Part shown: positions 63,211 through 64,000 of the stretch, piece after piece
How positions within the stretch are numbered: position 1 is the first letter of the stretch
Layout of the letters: every line of letters starts with the position of its first letter
Source: an uncultured euryarchaeote
GTDB taxonomy: Archaea; Thermoplasmatota; Poseidoniia; Poseidoniales; Poseidoniaceae
Assembly (NCBI GenBank): GCA_937915175.1
Contig: CALDNA010000023.1
Location: 4,713 to 68,712 of the forward strand
Reading direction: 5' to 3'
Length of the DNA: 64,000 nt
Position numbers and translations under genes: made by a program
Notes under the pieces: model-generated
The model's database searches: none
What the model was told of the DNA's origin: nothing
Seen by the model: the letters and a program-made list of their open reading frames with translations, nothing else

Positions 63211-63981
63211 TCAGCGTTTTTCGTTGGAGGGATTGAAGTTTGTTAACGCCTCAATGCGCTCTCGCACGGCGATTGGCGTCGGTAAACCAGCGTTGATGAA
63301 GGCGTGAAGGCAATCCGACAGTTGGAGCATCGCCGTTTCATAGTCCTCTTCGATTTCAGCGATGTCCGCCAAGCCCCACCGAGCGACGAGTTGTCCCGAG
63401 AGATCTTCTAGGACAACCGCCAGTTCAAGCGACTGGGTGTACAAATCCTTTGCAGCATCAAACTGCCCCAAAGTTGCTTGACTGTGACCCATGTCAGCCA
63501 TGGCTTCCATTTGACCTTCTTCGTCCTTCATCTTCATCAGCAATTCGATGCGCCTCGACCCGTGAACCAAGGCGGTTTCGTGGTTGTGTTGTTTCTTGGC
63601 GAGAGCTTCTAGCAAGGCCAATCCGTAAACAATCCCATTTTCATCCTTGATCGCCTCTCGCAGGCGCACTGAACGGCTGGCAAACATTTGTGCTTCCTCG
63701 TAGGCTTCATTGGCCAGGTGGAGCAGCGCTACGTGGTGTGCCATGGCTGCAGCAAGCGATTCAGCACCCACCATTGTCTCAGCATGAGCGGTTAATTCAG
63801 CAAGTTTTTCGATCGGAGCCTCTTCGATTTTGAGTTGTTCAAAGGTTGCCCAACCAGATTCAATTTCATCTGCTGCGTTTGTCTTGGCATGAGCGAGCAA
63901 CTGTTCTGCAAGCGCTTCGTCTTCCAATTCCAAAGCGAGGGGAATAAGCCGGAGGGCGAGGGGGGTGTTGATGTCCTCCAT
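63211..63981 (-). CDS. Tetratricopeptide-repeat protein, 256 aa
   Basis: Helical repeats such as AMADMGHSQATLGQFDAAKDLYTQSLEL and ARWGLADIAEIEEDYETA; SD GGGGGAG. Confidence 0.8.
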   Translation of the reverse strand: MEDINTPLALRLIPLALELEDEALAEQLLAHAKTNAADEIESGWATFEQLKIEEAPIEKLAELTAHAETMVGAESLAAAMAHHVALLHLANEAYEEAQMFASRSVRLREAIKDENGIVYGLALLEALAKKQHNHETALVHGSRRIELLMKMKDEEGQMEAMADMGHSQATLGQFDAAKDLYTQSLELAVVLEDLSGQLVARWGLADIAEIEEDYETAMLQLSDCLHAFINAGLPTPIAVRERIEALTNFNPSNEKR

Positions 63982-64000
63982 CGCTCCCCCATTGGTCAGC

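Overview
Archaeal chromosomal DNA, shown by PolD small subunit DP1, GatD, RFC small subunit, Pelota and an intron-containing tRNA-Met with a bulge-helix-bulge. The giant acidic secreted proteins and bacterial-type metabolic genes suggest Marine Group II Euryarchaeota / Ca. Poseidoniales, which is an inference. About half of the window encodes very large surface proteins (1027, 4517, 922, 3050 and ~879 aa), interspersed with housekeeping genes and two tRNAs. I saw no transposase, integrase or CRISPR array. Main candidates for undescribed biology: (1) a 4517-aa adhesin-like protein that ends in a PGF-CTERM-like anchor followed, in the same frame, by a complete archaeal type IV prepilin, i.e. a possible adhesin-pilin polyprotein; (2) an archaeal aminoaromatic ring-cleavage cluster with 2-aminophenol 1,6-dioxygenase beta, an alpha-subunit::RidA deaminase fusion, a 2-aminomuconate semialdehyde dehydrogenase-like ALDH, a luciferase-like monooxygenase, a variant asparaginase-II-family amidohydrolase and an EF-hand amino-acid permease; (3) two adjacent surface proteins with matching 8-repeat stalks, only one of which carries a 7x DNRLRE-like head; (4) a tetraloop-rich structured 3' element after the giant gene; (5) a recurrent TT(C/G)AA promoter-like hexamer about 29 nt upstream of start codons. 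All domain calls come from motifs recognised by eye, with no database search. Several ORF-track starts were moved to more plausible codons.
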